Shown here: positions 1 to 10,177 of the stretch, piece after piece | How positions within the stretch are numbered: the stretch's first letter is position 1 | Layout: every line of letters starts with the position of its first letter | Translations under genes and position numbers: made by a program | The notes under the pieces: model-generated | Databases searched by the model: none | What the model was told of the DNA's origin: nothing | Seen by the model: the letters and a program-made list of their open reading frames with translations, nothing else | Source: Allocoleopsis franciscana PCC 7113 | GTDB taxonomy: Bacteria; Cyanobacteriota; Cyanobacteriia; Cyanobacteriales; Coleofasciculaceae | DNA length: 64,000 bases | NCBI RefSeq assembly: GCF_000317515.1 | Contig: NC_019738.1 | Location: forward strand, 2,001,623-2,065,622 | Direction of reading: 5' to 3'

Positions 1-1208
1 TTCATTTCAAATAGGGCAAAAGTGCCTCCGATACAAACACGAGCACCGCCGCCAAAGGGAAAAAATTCGTAGGGAGAGAATTGTTTTTCTAGAAAGCGCT
101 CTGGCTTGAATTGTTTTGGCTCTGGGTATAAATCTTCACGCTGATGTGTGGAATAAATATTACCAGTGAGCGCTACACCCGGACTCAACTCATAACCCAT
201 CACCTCAACTGGGGACTCTACCAACCTGGGAAATGTAAATAACTGAGTCGGGTAAATTCGCAAAGCTTCGTTACAAACAGCATTAAGGTAGGGTAATGCA
301 ACAATGCTCATGGGCTCTGGATTTTTACCAAGGCTATCGAGTTCCTCAATCAGTCGATCGCGAACGACAGGTAAACGGTGAATCCAGTACAAAGACCAGG
401 CGATCGCAGTTGCTGAAGCATCTTGAGCTGCGAATATGGGTGATAATAGAAGGTCGCGCACCTCTTCATCGCTTAATGGTTCACCTGATTCATCATGAGC
501 AAATATGAGATCGGAGAGAATGTCAGTGTGTGAAGGTTTTGCTTGCTTGCGGCGTTCTTGGACTTCAGCGTATAGCAATTGGAAAAGTTCTTGCCGGAGG
601 TGAAGCAGGTATCCCTGTGGACTCCACCGACCTAAATCCCGTTGTCCAAAGGGGAGTCTTGTGGCAATCTCAAACAAGGGAGAATTCGCATGTTTGAGCA
701 CAGAAACGAATAGATGCTTGATTTTGTCATAGCGCTCTCCTTCAGGCAATCCCATCACAACCTCTATACCCACTCGCAGGGTGATATCTTCGATGGTAGG
801 GTAGGCAATAAAAGGTTTCCCGATCGCCTGTTGACTCATGATTTTTTCTGTGAGTTCGCAGATCCGTCGTCCGCAGGCTTGCATCCGCTCTCCGTGAAAA
901 GCCTGCATTAACAGCTTGCGCCGATGTTTGTGACGGAAGCCATCGAGTTGAAGGACTCCTCGCTCTCCTGTAATCAAGGCGAAACTCTGGTTCAATGCAC
1001 CGGATGCAGTGATTTCTTTGACGTTAGTGAAAATCTGCTTTATCCCTGAAGGATTGCTGACGAACAGTGTTGGTGTAGAATCAGGCATGATTATGGTGAA
1101 GATCTCACCATAGCGTTTGCACATGGCATCCAGCCAGCCAAAGGGGTCAGCTTGGAGTTTCGGATACAGTTGTCTAGCGGGAGCTTTCGGTCCTGGGGGT
1201 AGTTTCAT
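1..1208 (-). CDS. Cytochrome P450 monooxygenase, partial (C-terminus runs off the window start)
   Basis: Reverse-strand translation from the ATG at 1208-1206 gives MKLPPGPKAPARQLYPKLQADPFGWLDAM... and the heme-binding signature FPFGGGARVCIGG near position 40. The ATGA start overlaps the upstream NRPS stop. No stop codon before position 1. Confidence 0.8.
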   Translation of the reverse strand, partial: MKLPPGPKAPARQLYPKLQADPFGWLDAMCKRYGEIFTIIMPDSTPTLFVSNPSGIKQIFTNVKEITASGALNQSFALITGERGVLQLDGFRHKHRRKLLMQAFHGERMQACGRRICELTEKIMSQQAIGKPFIAYPTIEDITLRVGIEVVMGLPEGERYDKIKHLFVSVLKHANSPLFEIATRLPFGQRDLGRWSPQGYLLHLRQELFQLLYAEVQERRKQAKPSHTDILSDLIFAHDESGEPLSDEEVRDLLLSPIFAAQDASATAIAWSLYWIHRLPVVRDRLIEELDSLGKNPEPMSIVALPYLNAVCNEALRIYPTQLFTFPRLVESPVEVMGYELSPGVALTGNIYSTHQREDLYPEPKQFKPERFLEKQFSPYEFFPFGGGARVCIGGTFALFEM

Positions 1209-4200
1209 CAGTATTCTTTACTTGCGTTCTGTATACAAGAGTGAGCCTTATCAATAAGATTTCTCAACTGTCTAGCTAATTCCTGAATATGAGGTTCGAC
1301 GAACATCGAGAAATGATCTCCTGAAACTTCAATGACTTGAATAGGCTGGGTGGAACATTTACTCCAACCTAGAAAGGGGTCATCAGTATGGAATTCTGGA
1401 CTCTCAAAGTCATGAATAATTTGCTCCTTAGCTTTCAAGAGAGTCATCTGGTGAGGATAAACCTGCGGAACATAATCTCGCATGGCTTGGACATGAGCTT
1501 TGAAAAGTTTGTAATAGCGGAGAAAATCCTTAACCTCTTTGTCGCTAAAGATGAAGTTAGCTTTTTTATTGATTAAATGAAATTGCTCATCCACTGGCAA
1601 ATCTCGAAGTTCCTCAAAAGGAAGGGAAAAGTCAATATTATTGTTAGTTTTTAGCGATTCCGCCATGCGAAGGAAGAATTTTGCATCATCATCGTCTGCT
1701 GGTTTAACGGCTGTTTCTGATAATATGGCGTCGATGACAACTAGCAAACCTACTGTTTGACCCTGCCTTTGCAATTGTTGCGCCATTTCAAAAGCAAGTA
1801 CACCCCCGTAACAAAACCCTCCTAAAAGATAAGGGCCATTCGGTTGTACCTGACGAATTTCTTCGAGGTATCGAGCTGCTGTTTCCTCCACCGAAATTAT
1901 TTCAGGTTCCTCTTGGTCAGGGGTATGTTGCAATGCATAAAATGGGTAGTTCTCACCCAGTCTTCTGGACAAGTTAAAGTAAGCCTGAACACCTCCACCA
2001 GCGCCATGCATACAGAAAAAAGGAATTTTGGAACCAGAAGACTGAATGGCTACCAGATGAGAATTGGATGTCTCATGGACAGGCTGACTGACAAGGTGAG
2101 CTAGTTTTTCAATCGTTGGGTTTTCAAAAAGAGCAGACAGGGGAAGATTGTGCCCAAATCGATCGTATATTTGAGCCATTAAGCGTACAGCTAAAAACGA
2201 ATGACCACCCAAGTCAAAGAAGTTATCTGTTACTCCAATCGGGCTAGTATTCAGGAGATTTTCCCAAGTCTTCGCTAAAGTCAGTTCCGTAAAATTCCGG
2301 GGAGCAATGAAGGATTTCGTGGTGTTTGGTCGGATACCGTCGTCGGTGGGAAGCGCTTGCTTGTCTACTTTACCATTAGGTGTCAGTGGGAGTGCATCTA
2401 GTACTACGAAAGCGGACGGTAGCATGTAATTTGGCAGTTTCTGCTGTAAGTCAGCGCTTAACTGTGGCACTATGTCTGGCTGATCTGTCACTATATATGC
2501 AATCAAACGCCGATCGCCTTGAGCATCATCTCGGACAATGACGACAGATTCTTGCACATCTGGATGTTGTGAGACTACAGTGGCAATTTCTTCCAGTTCC
2601 ACTCGGAAGCCACGGATTTTGACTTGGTCATCATGGCGACCTAAATACTCTAGATTTCCATCGTTGAGATAACGCACTAAGTCGCCAGTTTTGTAAAGTT
2701 TGGTTCCTGGAAAAAAGGGGTTATCAATAAACCTTGCCTGAGTTAATTCAGGACGATGCAAATATCCCCTAGCTAATCCATCGCCACCAATATAGAGTTC
2801 ACCAACAACTCCTACAGGCGTTAGTTGCAAATGGCGATTCAATACATAGACCAGAGTATTGTCAATAGGGCGACCAATGGGAATGCTGGTTGCTTGTTCT
2901 GGCAATAAACTAATGTCGTAGTAAGTGACGTTGGCAGAAACTTCCGATGAGCCATAGAGGTTGATCAGTTTCGCAGATGGCATTAATTCTCGGAATGTTT
3001 GAGCTAAGCTAACAGACAGCGCTTCACCACTCGTTATCCAGAGTTTTAGATGTGACAAATTTCTAGTCAGATGACTGTAGGTATCCAAAAGTAAGCGCAG
3101 CAGTGAGGGCACAAGTACGATACGCGTAACGTTGTGATGTGCCAGAGTTTCGATGAACAATTGGAGGTCTTTGAGAATGGCATCGGGAATAATCACACTG
3201 GGAACGCCCTGAAGTAAGGGAGCAAAAATTTCCCATACTGAGTCTACAAAGCTAATCGCTGTCTTCTGGCAACAAACTTCCTCTTGTGTGAAGGGATAGG
3301 TTTTCCACAGCCAGTGCAAGCCATTGACTGTACCTTGGTGAGTCCCAAGAACGCCTTTAGGAGTTCCGGTGGAACCAGAAGTATAGATAATATAAGCGAG
3401 ATTATCAGCTTTTGACGGACTGATCGGGTTTTCCTGACTTTCTTGGGCAATTTCGTCTTTGTGGATGTCCAGGCATATAGTTTTGGCTTTTGATGCAGGT
3501 AGCTTTTCTAATATCTCTTGTTGGGTGATTAACACCAATGCCTGGGAATCAGAGAGCATGAAGCCAAGGCGATCGACTGGATAACTTGGGTCAAGGGGAA
3601 TGTATGCACCGCCAGCTTTGAGGACAGCTAAAATTCCCACAACCATTTCTACTGAACGTTCCAGACAAATCGCAACCAAAGAAACTTTGGTTACACCTTG
3701 TTTTTGTAAATAATGGGCAAGCTGATTAATTCTCTGATTAAGTTGACGATAAGTCAGTTGCTCTGTTTGGCTAATTAATGCTAATGCATCAGGAGAATGC
3801 TTGACTTGCTGCTCAAATAGTTGATGGAGAGATGCATCTTGGGGATAATCTGCACGAGTCTGATTCCACTCAAATAATAGTTGCTCTCGCTCTTTAGCCG
3901 TGAGGGGTGACAATTCTGAGATGCGCTGTTCTTGATTCGCAACAATGTTTTCCAATAAAGCTTGGAAATTGCTGATGAATCGGGTTATTGTTACCTCTTC
4001 AAAAATGTCTGTATTGTACTCCAAAAACCCTGTTAAACCCTGTTGAGATTCAGACATCGACAGGAAAATGTCCAGCTGAGCTGTACCGCTATCGAACTCC
4101 AAAGTACGCAAGGTTAAACCAGAAATTTCCTGCGCGGGCATTGGGGTGTTTTGCAGGACAAACATCACTTCATAAAGCGGATTCCGGCTTAAGTCTCGGT

Positions 4201-5320
4201 CGGGTTGCAATTCTTCTACAAGCATCTCAAAAGGCAAATCCTGATGTGCATAAGCATCGAGAGTTACCTCACGCACTCGATGTAGCAGTTCGCGGAAGCT
4301 AGGGTCGCCACTGAGGTTATTACGCAACACCAAAGTATTCACAAACAAACCCAGCATCCCTTCTAATTCAGCTCGATTCCGGTTGGCAATTGGGGAACCA
4401 ATTAGGATGTCTTCTTGGTCTGTGTAGTGGTACAGCAAGGTATTGAATGCTGCCAGCAGAGTCATAAATAAAGTGGCATCTTCTCGCTGACTGAATTGAT
4501 TTAGTGCATCTGTGAGAGTTTTTGAGAATGTAAAGTATTGCTTAGCACCAGTAAAAGTGGTCACAGTAGGTCGCGGACGATCTGCGGGTAACTGTAGTAC
4601 AGGTAGTTCGCCGCTGAGTTGTTGCTTCCAATAATTAAGTTGAGTTGATAGGACTTCACCTTGGAAGCGATCGCGCTGCCAAACCGCAAAATCTGCATAC
4701 TGAATCGGGAGTTCAGCTAAGGGAGAAGGCTGATTTGTGGAGAAAGCTGCATACAGTGTTGCAAACTCCCGCAGAAACACACCCATAGACCATCCATCCG
4801 TAATGATATGGTGCATGGTCAAAAGGAAGACGTGTTCTTCGTCACTCAATCGCAGTAAAGTTGCTCTGACTAAAGGTTCTTTAGCCAAATTGAAATGTTT
4901 CTTGGCTTCTTCAGCGGCAAGTTGTTTAATCTCTGGTTCCCAGTTTTTTCCGGACAAATGCTCGAAATTGATGATGGGTAAGTTCCAGGTTAATTCCGGT
5001 ACAATCTCCTGTACTGGCTCTCCATTTACAAGTGCAAAAGTTGTACGCAAAACTTCATGACGCTTAAAGATTTCATTAAGACTTTGCTGGAATGCAGTAA
5101 TATTAAGCAGTCCTTTTAAATGACAGGCGATAGGAATATTGTAGAAAGGACTCCCGTGGTAAAGTTGGTCAATAAACCACAGCCTTTGTTGCGAGAAAGA
5201 TAAAGGAGCCTTGTTATAGAATTGACGCTTTGGAATAGTATCAGCTTTAAATTTTCCTCCTTTCCACTTTTCCAAAAGGGCTTTCTTGGCGGGTGATAAA
5301 TTGGGGTATTGCTTATCCAT
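1208..5320 (-). CDS. NRPS module C-A-PCP-TE. A domain core reads FVDSVWE; the TE has a Cys nucleophile.
   Basis: C domain MHHIITDGWS. A domain LAYIIYTSGSTGTPKG, YKTGDLVRYL, LPLTPNGKVDKQAL. PCP FFDLGGHSFLAV. TE elbow GGFCYGG. N-terminal LSPAKKALLEKW head. Confidence 0.9.
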   Translation of the reverse strand: MDKQYPNLSPAKKALLEKWKGGKFKADTIPKRQFYNKAPLSFSQQRLWFIDQLYHGSPFYNIPIACHLKGLLNITAFQQSLNEIFKRHEVLRTTFALVNGEPVQEIVPELTWNLPIINFEHLSGKNWEPEIKQLAAEEAKKHFNLAKEPLVRATLLRLSDEEHVFLLTMHHIITDGWSMGVFLREFATLYAAFSTNQPSPLAELPIQYADFAVWQRDRFQGEVLSTQLNYWKQQLSGELPVLQLPADRPRPTVTTFTGAKQYFTFSKTLTDALNQFSQREDATLFMTLLAAFNTLLYHYTDQEDILIGSPIANRNRAELEGMLGLFVNTLVLRNNLSGDPSFRELLHRVREVTLDAYAHQDLPFEMLVEELQPDRDLSRNPLYEVMFVLQNTPMPAQEISGLTLRTLEFDSGTAQLDIFLSMSESQQGLTGFLEYNTDIFEEVTITRFISNFQALLENIVANQEQRISELSPLTAKEREQLLFEWNQTRADYPQDASLHQLFEQQVKHSPDALALISQTEQLTYRQLNQRINQLAHYLQKQGVTKVSLVAICLERSVEMVVGILAVLKAGGAYIPLDPSYPVDRLGFMLSDSQALVLITQQEILEKLPASKAKTICLDIHKDEIAQESQENPISPSKADNLAYIIYTSGSTGTPKGVLGTHQGTVNGLHWLWKTYPFTQEEVCCQKTAISFVDSVWEIFAPLLQGVPSVIIPDAILKDLQLFIETLAHHNVTRIVLVPSLLRLLLDTYSHLTRNLSHLKLWITSGEALSVSLAQTFRELMPSAKLINLYGSSEVSANVTYYDISLLPEQATSIPIGRPIDNTLVYVLNRHLQLTPVGVVGELYIGGDGLARGYLHRPELTQARFIDNPFFPGTKLYKTGDLVRYLNDGNLEYLGRHDDQVKIRGFRVELEEIATVVSQHPDVQESVVIVRDDAQGDRRLIAYIVTDQPDIVPQLSADLQQKLPNYMLPSAFVVLDALPLTPNGKVDKQALPTDDGIRPNTTKSFIAPRNFTELTLAKTWENLLNTSPIGVTDNFFDLGGHSFLAVRLMAQIYDRFGHNLPLSALFENPTIEKLAHLVSQPVHETSNSHLVAIQSSGSKIPFFCMHGAGGGVQAYFNLSRRLGENYPFYALQHTPDQEEPEIISVEETAARYLEEIRQVQPNGPYLLGGFCYGGVLAFEMAQQLQRQGQTVGLLVVIDAILSETAVKPADDDDAKFFLRMAESLKTNNNIDFSLPFEELRDLPVDEQFHLINKKANFIFSDKEVKDFLRYYKLFKAHVQAMRDYVPQVYPHQMTLLKAKEQIIHDFESPEFHTDDPFLGWSKCSTQPIQVIEVSGDHFSMFVEPHIQELARQLRNLIDKAHSCIQNASKEY

Positions 5321-5431
5321 TTCGGAGAATTTTAATACTTGTTACGTTATAACTTGTAAAGTGAGTGCCTGTTTTAGTCAGCGATGTACTGCTAGCAAAA
5401 ATTTTAGGGATTGTTCCAATTAGCACGAAAA

Positions 5432-8400
5432 CTAGTTACCTAAAAGAACTGCAACTTGTTCTTCCGATAATTCTTCAATTTTCTCTAACATAAGTTGCTC
5501 AATCATTTCTGCTTGTTTTACAGGTATCATTGCTTGCAGTAAAAGGTCTCGCAGTGGTAGCTCTACTGGAAACTTTGTTCGCAATCGAGAAACTAGTTGA
5601 GTTGCAATCAGAGAGTCTCCTCCCAATTCATAGAAGTTATCGTAAATACCAACTTGTGCAATTCCAAGAACTTCTTGCCAGATTTCGGCAATTTGTTTTT
5701 CTAACTCGTTAGTTGGAGCAACATAGGAATTACTAAGGTTAGGTCTGGAATAGCGTGAGGATAAGTCTGCTTGACTGGAATGTTTTGAATCTGGTAGAGA
5801 GTCAAGGTTAAATGTGTGATGGCGCTGCGTGCCGCGCCAAAGGCGATCGCACCGGGTTTTGAGATCGACTGTGGAAACAACAACTTGAGTTCCCTCTCCT
5901 AAAGAGAGTATCCGTTTAAATACTTCTACGCTTTCTATTTCAGTGATGGCTAACTCCACCCCAGATGCCTGTTCAAATACTGTTTGTTCTTGGGTTGCAT
6001 TCAGTTGCAATTTATCCCAATTTATAGAAAGCCAGGGGGGACATTTAGTTTGGTTTTGTCTTTGTCTTTGAGTAAAGGTATCTGTTAATTGATTAACCCC
6101 TGAGTATAAAGCTAACCCAAACCCTCCTAAAATGGAAGACAAATAAGAAAATATAATACAAAAACTTAGATTTTTATTTTGTATTATTTGTTCTAATACA
6201 GTAATTTTATGGCGTTGATAGTCAAGTTGTTTTTCTAACGTTGTACTATCAATTTCTGATATCGAACTAAATATATTTTCGCGTGTTATTCCAGTTGAAT
6301 AGATAACCCCATGAATTTGACCAACCTTTTCAGGTGCAAGGCTCTGGTGCATTTGATCGTAGTTAGTTGCATCTGCACGCACCACCAAAACTTCTGCACC
6401 TAATTCATCTAACACTAGCAATTTTCTGATTTTACGACTCACCTCATCTTCTTGAGCGTGAGTTTCTAACCATTGCAAGTATTCATCCCTGCCAGGGAAA
6501 GCGGAATCTTCGATAAATATGAGTTTGGCTTGTAGGGTTTTTGCTAGATATTCCGCAATCACAACTCCAAGACTTTCCAGTCCGCCTGGAAACAGGTATA
6601 CACCTTGTTGTCTCAAACGAGTTTTTTCTTCAATTACTGACTCTAAGCGCATTGGCTCAAATGTTTGTACCCAGCGGTAGCGATCGCGATATGCAACAAC
6701 CAAGTCTGACGACAAAGCTGTGAACTCACCTAAGATTTGGTCAATAATAGGACTGTCACAATCTCCTCGTCCTCTCTCTGCGTCTTGGCGATTCGTTAAA
6801 GCAACATCAATACTCCGACAGGTGATATTAGGATACTCTTGCGGAATTACCTTACATAAACCTAAGACTGTTGCTTTCTCTGGAACCAGAGTTTCATTGC
6901 CACTGACTTCTTGGGTCTGGTTCGATACAACCCATATTTGCAGGTACTCATTAATGTTGAGCTTACCAAGAGACTGCGTTAAAAATAGCAAACTGTTAAA
7001 TTCTAAATACTTACCCAGTTGACGATTGTCAAAAGTATTCAGACTCCATAAGTGAGCAATGTTATGGGGAATTTTATCTTGTGCAATCAGCTCTTGGAAC
7101 AACGCCTCGTAGTCATCTCTGTTTTGGGGATTAATAGCATAGACTCCCTCACTCAATTGTGTAAATTTCTCTCCCACTTTCACCACAAGCACATTTTTGC
7201 CATTCTGTTCCAGTTTGTTAACTAACTGGGAACCTACCCCCCACTCATCAACAAACAACAACCATTGTTCTTGTGCAGATTCTATTGGAGAAGGGAAGGA
7301 TGCATGAGGTAGCAAGGAACGTTTCCATGAAGGGATATAGAACCAGTCAGCAATGTCTTGTTTTTTGTCTACTGTTACTGGCTTGCTACTTAAAGAAGGT
7401 GATGACGATTTTGCCTCAATCCAGTATCTTTGTCGCTCAAAGGGGTAGGTAGGCAAAGGCAGACGATGACGCCGCTCGTGGGTATAAAATCCTGACCAAT
7501 CTATCTCTACTCCAGCTAGCCACAACCGACCTAGTGTCTGCAACAAGAAGCTCACATCCGATTGTTGTTCTTTGACATGGCGTAAGGAAGTCAGCACCTG
7601 TTGTTTGGCTTGTGGCTTCAAATGCTGTGTTGTGAGTGTGCTTAATGTCCGCCCCGGACCTACCTCTAAGAAAACACCATCAAACTGCTCTAATAGTTGA
7701 GATATCCCATCAGAAAACTTCACAGATTGCCGTAGATGTTGACCCCAGTAGCTGGGATTTGTCGCTTGTTCATCTTTTATCCAAGTACCAGTCACATCGG
7801 AAATGAAGCGAAGGCGTGGCGGATTGAGTTTGACTTTTTTGACAGCCTGCACAAAGGGTTCCACTATTGGTTCCATCATCTGGGAGTGGAAAGCATGAGA
7901 TGTATGCAATAGCCGACATTCAATCCCTTGGGAGGATAATTGATTTTGGAGTGAGGCTATAGCCTCCCTAGAACCGGAAACTACGCATGAAGATGAAGTA
8001 TTGATTGCTGCTATTTGGATAGACGGGCCACCGTGCGTCTGTTGCTCCAACAGAGATTGCACCTGTTTTTCGGGAAGTGGAATTGCCAGCATACTCCCGA
8101 CGGGCAACTGTTGCATCAGTTTTCCCCTGGTTGCCACAATTGCTAAAACATCTTCCAAGGAGAACACACCAGCAATTGTTGCCGCGACATATTCCCCGAT
8201 GCTGTGACCAATCATCGCCTCTGGACGCACTCCCCATTCCATCCACAACTGGGCGAGGGCGTATTCAATTACAAACAGTGCTGGTTGGGTGATGGCTGTT
8301 TGTTGTAGTTGTTGAGATGCAACTTCAACCAGTTGTGCTTTGGGGAAGAGTATCTGGCGGATATCCAGATTGAGCAGGGGTTGGAGAGTCTTGGCGCAAG

Positions 8401-10102
8401 TATCTACATGTTTTTTGAAGGTGGCTTCCACCTCGTACAGTTCCTGCGCCATATTTACATATTGCGCCCCTTGTCCGGAAAACATGAAGATTACTGGACA
8501 GTGACTGGGTTTGCGATAGTTAGTGAAAATACGTTGCGCTTCTTGGGAGGTCAGCACTTTCAGTGCATCGTCAATGTCCTGGCAAACCAACATGCGGCGA
8601 TGCTCAAAAGCCCGACGACCTACTTGTAGGGTATGAGCGACATCAGGCAGGGTAATATCGGGATGTTGCTGGAAGTAATCAGCCAAATTTGTTGTAGCGC
8701 ACTCCAGGGCTGAATTAGTCTTAGCCGAGAGCAGCAACAACTGCCAAGGGCGTGAAGAGCTAGAGGCTTCAACGACGGGAGCTTCTTCGAGAATCACATG
8801 AGCATTAGTTCCACCAATTCCGAAAGAACTGACTCCAGCACGGCGAGGAATACCGTTGGTCTTCCATTCAGACAACGTGGTATTGACGTAGAAGGGACTG
8901 TTAGCAAAATCTATCTGGGGATTGGGCTGTTTGAAGTGCAAGCTGGGGGGTATTTGTTTATGTTTAAGCGCTTGGATGGTCTTAATTAAGCCAGTAACAC
9001 CAGCGGCTGTATTCAAATGTCCGACATTGGTTTTAACTGAACCAATAGCACAGAAGCCTTTTTTGTCAGTTTGGAGTGAGAACGCCTGTGTGAGAGCCTC
9101 AATTTCAATAGGGTCACCTAAGGAAGTTCCGGTTCCGTGAGCCTCGATGTAGCTAATAGTTTCAGATTCGACTCCAGCTAAGGCAAGCGCCTCTAAAATC
9201 ACCTCTCTTTGACCATCCACGCTGGGGGCTGTGTAACCAACCTTTAAAGAGCCATCGTTATTGATAGCCGAACCTTTGATGACGGCATGAATACAATCGC
9301 CATCAGCAAGGGCATCTTCTAATCGCTTCAACACGACAACCCCCAACCCATTGCCGAAAATGGTTCCCTGAGCATTAGCATCGAAGGCTCGGCAGTGTCC
9401 GTCAGGAGAATTAATCCCTCCTTCTTGATAGTAGTAACCAGCTTTTTGTGGCACTTGTATCGAAACACCACCGGCCAAAGCGATATCACTTTCGCCGTTC
9501 AGCAAACTTTGGCAGGCTAAGTGAACGGCAACCAAAGATGTAGAACAAGTGGTCTGAACATTGATGCTCGGTCCCCTTAGGTTTAACTTGTAAGAAATTT
9601 GCGTGGGCAGGTGGTCTTTATCATTTCCAATCCACGTTTGGAACTGGTCTACTGATTCTATTAAGTCCCGATTTGGATATAGGTTTGAAAATAAGTAACT
9701 ACTCACGGTTACACCAGCGTAAAGACCAATTTGGTCACTGTAAGTTTCCGAGTTGTAACCAGCATTTTCTAGCGCTTCCCAGACACTTTCTAGGAAGAGA
9801 CGATGTTGTGGGTCTGCTATTTCAGCTTCTCTGGGAGAAAAGCCGAAAAATGAAGCATCAAAAAATTCTATATTCTCTAGTACAGTGCCAGCCTTGACAT
9901 AGCTGGGGTCATTCAACACAGCGGCGTCTATTCCTGTGGCTACTAGTTCTTCATCTGTAAAAAAAGAAATTGACTCCACCCCGTCTCGCAGATTTTGCCA
10001 AAAAATATCAATATTTTTTGCCTCTGGAAAACGACCCGCTAGACCAATAATAGCTATTTCATCTCTATGATCAATAGTATTAAGTTCATTTGAATTATTC
10101 AT
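5432..10102 (-). CDS. Type I PKS module KS-AT-KR-ACP (malonyl-type AT; KR cofactor motif degenerate)
   Basis: KS: TTCSTSLVAVHLA, EAHGTGT, NVGHLNTAAG. AT: GHSIGEY plus HAFHS. KR region with FPGGLESLG in place of TGGxGxxG, then YSGVN. ACP: LGGDSLIATQL. Confidence 0.9.
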   Translation of the reverse strand: MNNSNELNTIDHRDEIAIIGLAGRFPEAKNIDIFWQNLRDGVESISFFTDEELVATGIDAAVLNDPSYVKAGTVLENIEFFDASFFGFSPREAEIADPQHRLFLESVWEALENAGYNSETYSDQIGLYAGVTVSSYLFSNLYPNRDLIESVDQFQTWIGNDKDHLPTQISYKLNLRGPSINVQTTCSTSLVAVHLACQSLLNGESDIALAGGVSIQVPQKAGYYYQEGGINSPDGHCRAFDANAQGTIFGNGLGVVVLKRLEDALADGDCIHAVIKGSAINNDGSLKVGYTAPSVDGQREVILEALALAGVESETISYIEAHGTGTSLGDPIEIEALTQAFSLQTDKKGFCAIGSVKTNVGHLNTAAGVTGLIKTIQALKHKQIPPSLHFKQPNPQIDFANSPFYVNTTLSEWKTNGIPRRAGVSSFGIGGTNAHVILEEAPVVEASSSSRPWQLLLLSAKTNSALECATTNLADYFQQHPDITLPDVAHTLQVGRRAFEHRRMLVCQDIDDALKVLTSQEAQRIFTNYRKPSHCPVIFMFSGQGAQYVNMAQELYEVEATFKKHVDTCAKTLQPLLNLDIRQILFPKAQLVEVASQQLQQTAITQPALFVIEYALAQLWMEWGVRPEAMIGHSIGEYVAATIAGVFSLEDVLAIVATRGKLMQQLPVGSMLAIPLPEKQVQSLLEQQTHGGPSIQIAAINTSSSCVVSGSREAIASLQNQLSSQGIECRLLHTSHAFHSQMMEPIVEPFVQAVKKVKLNPPRLRFISDVTGTWIKDEQATNPSYWGQHLRQSVKFSDGISQLLEQFDGVFLEVGPGRTLSTLTTQHLKPQAKQQVLTSLRHVKEQQSDVSFLLQTLGRLWLAGVEIDWSGFYTHERRHRLPLPTYPFERQRYWIEAKSSSPSLSSKPVTVDKKQDIADWFYIPSWKRSLLPHASFPSPIESAQEQWLLFVDEWGVGSQLVNKLEQNGKNVLVVKVGEKFTQLSEGVYAINPQNRDDYEALFQELIAQDKIPHNIAHLWSLNTFDNRQLGKYLEFNSLLFLTQSLGKLNINEYLQIWVVSNQTQEVSGNETLVPEKATVLGLCKVIPQEYPNITCRSIDVALTNRQDAERGRGDCDSPIIDQILGEFTALSSDLVVAYRDRYRWVQTFEPMRLESVIEEKTRLRQQGVYLFPGGLESLGVVIAEYLAKTLQAKLIFIEDSAFPGRDEYLQWLETHAQEDEVSRKIRKLLVLDELGAEVLVVRADATNYDQMHQSLAPEKVGQIHGVIYSTGITRENIFSSISEIDSTTLEKQLDYQRHKITVLEQIIQNKNLSFCIIFSYLSSILGGFGLALYSGVNQLTDTFTQRQRQNQTKCPPWLSINWDKLQLNATQEQTVFEQASGVELAITEIESVEVFKRILSLGEGTQVVVSTVDLKTRCDRLWRGTQRHHTFNLDSLPDSKHSSQADLSSRYSRPNLSNSYVAPTNELEKQIAEIWQEVLGIAQVGIYDNFYELGGDSLIATQLVSRLRTKFPVELPLRDLLLQAMIPVKQAEMIEQLMLEKIEELSEEQVAVLLGN

Positions 10103-10177
10103 ATAAATAAATCCTTTTAATTGATAGATTGCAATAGTTGAGACTCGTAACTGATACTCGATCTTTTTTTTACTTCA

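Noticed and set aside
296-911. Plus-strand ORFs 296..508 and 714..911
   Set aside because: They lie inside the reverse-strand P450 reading frame, which has a clear heme-binding motif. They are shadow ORFs.
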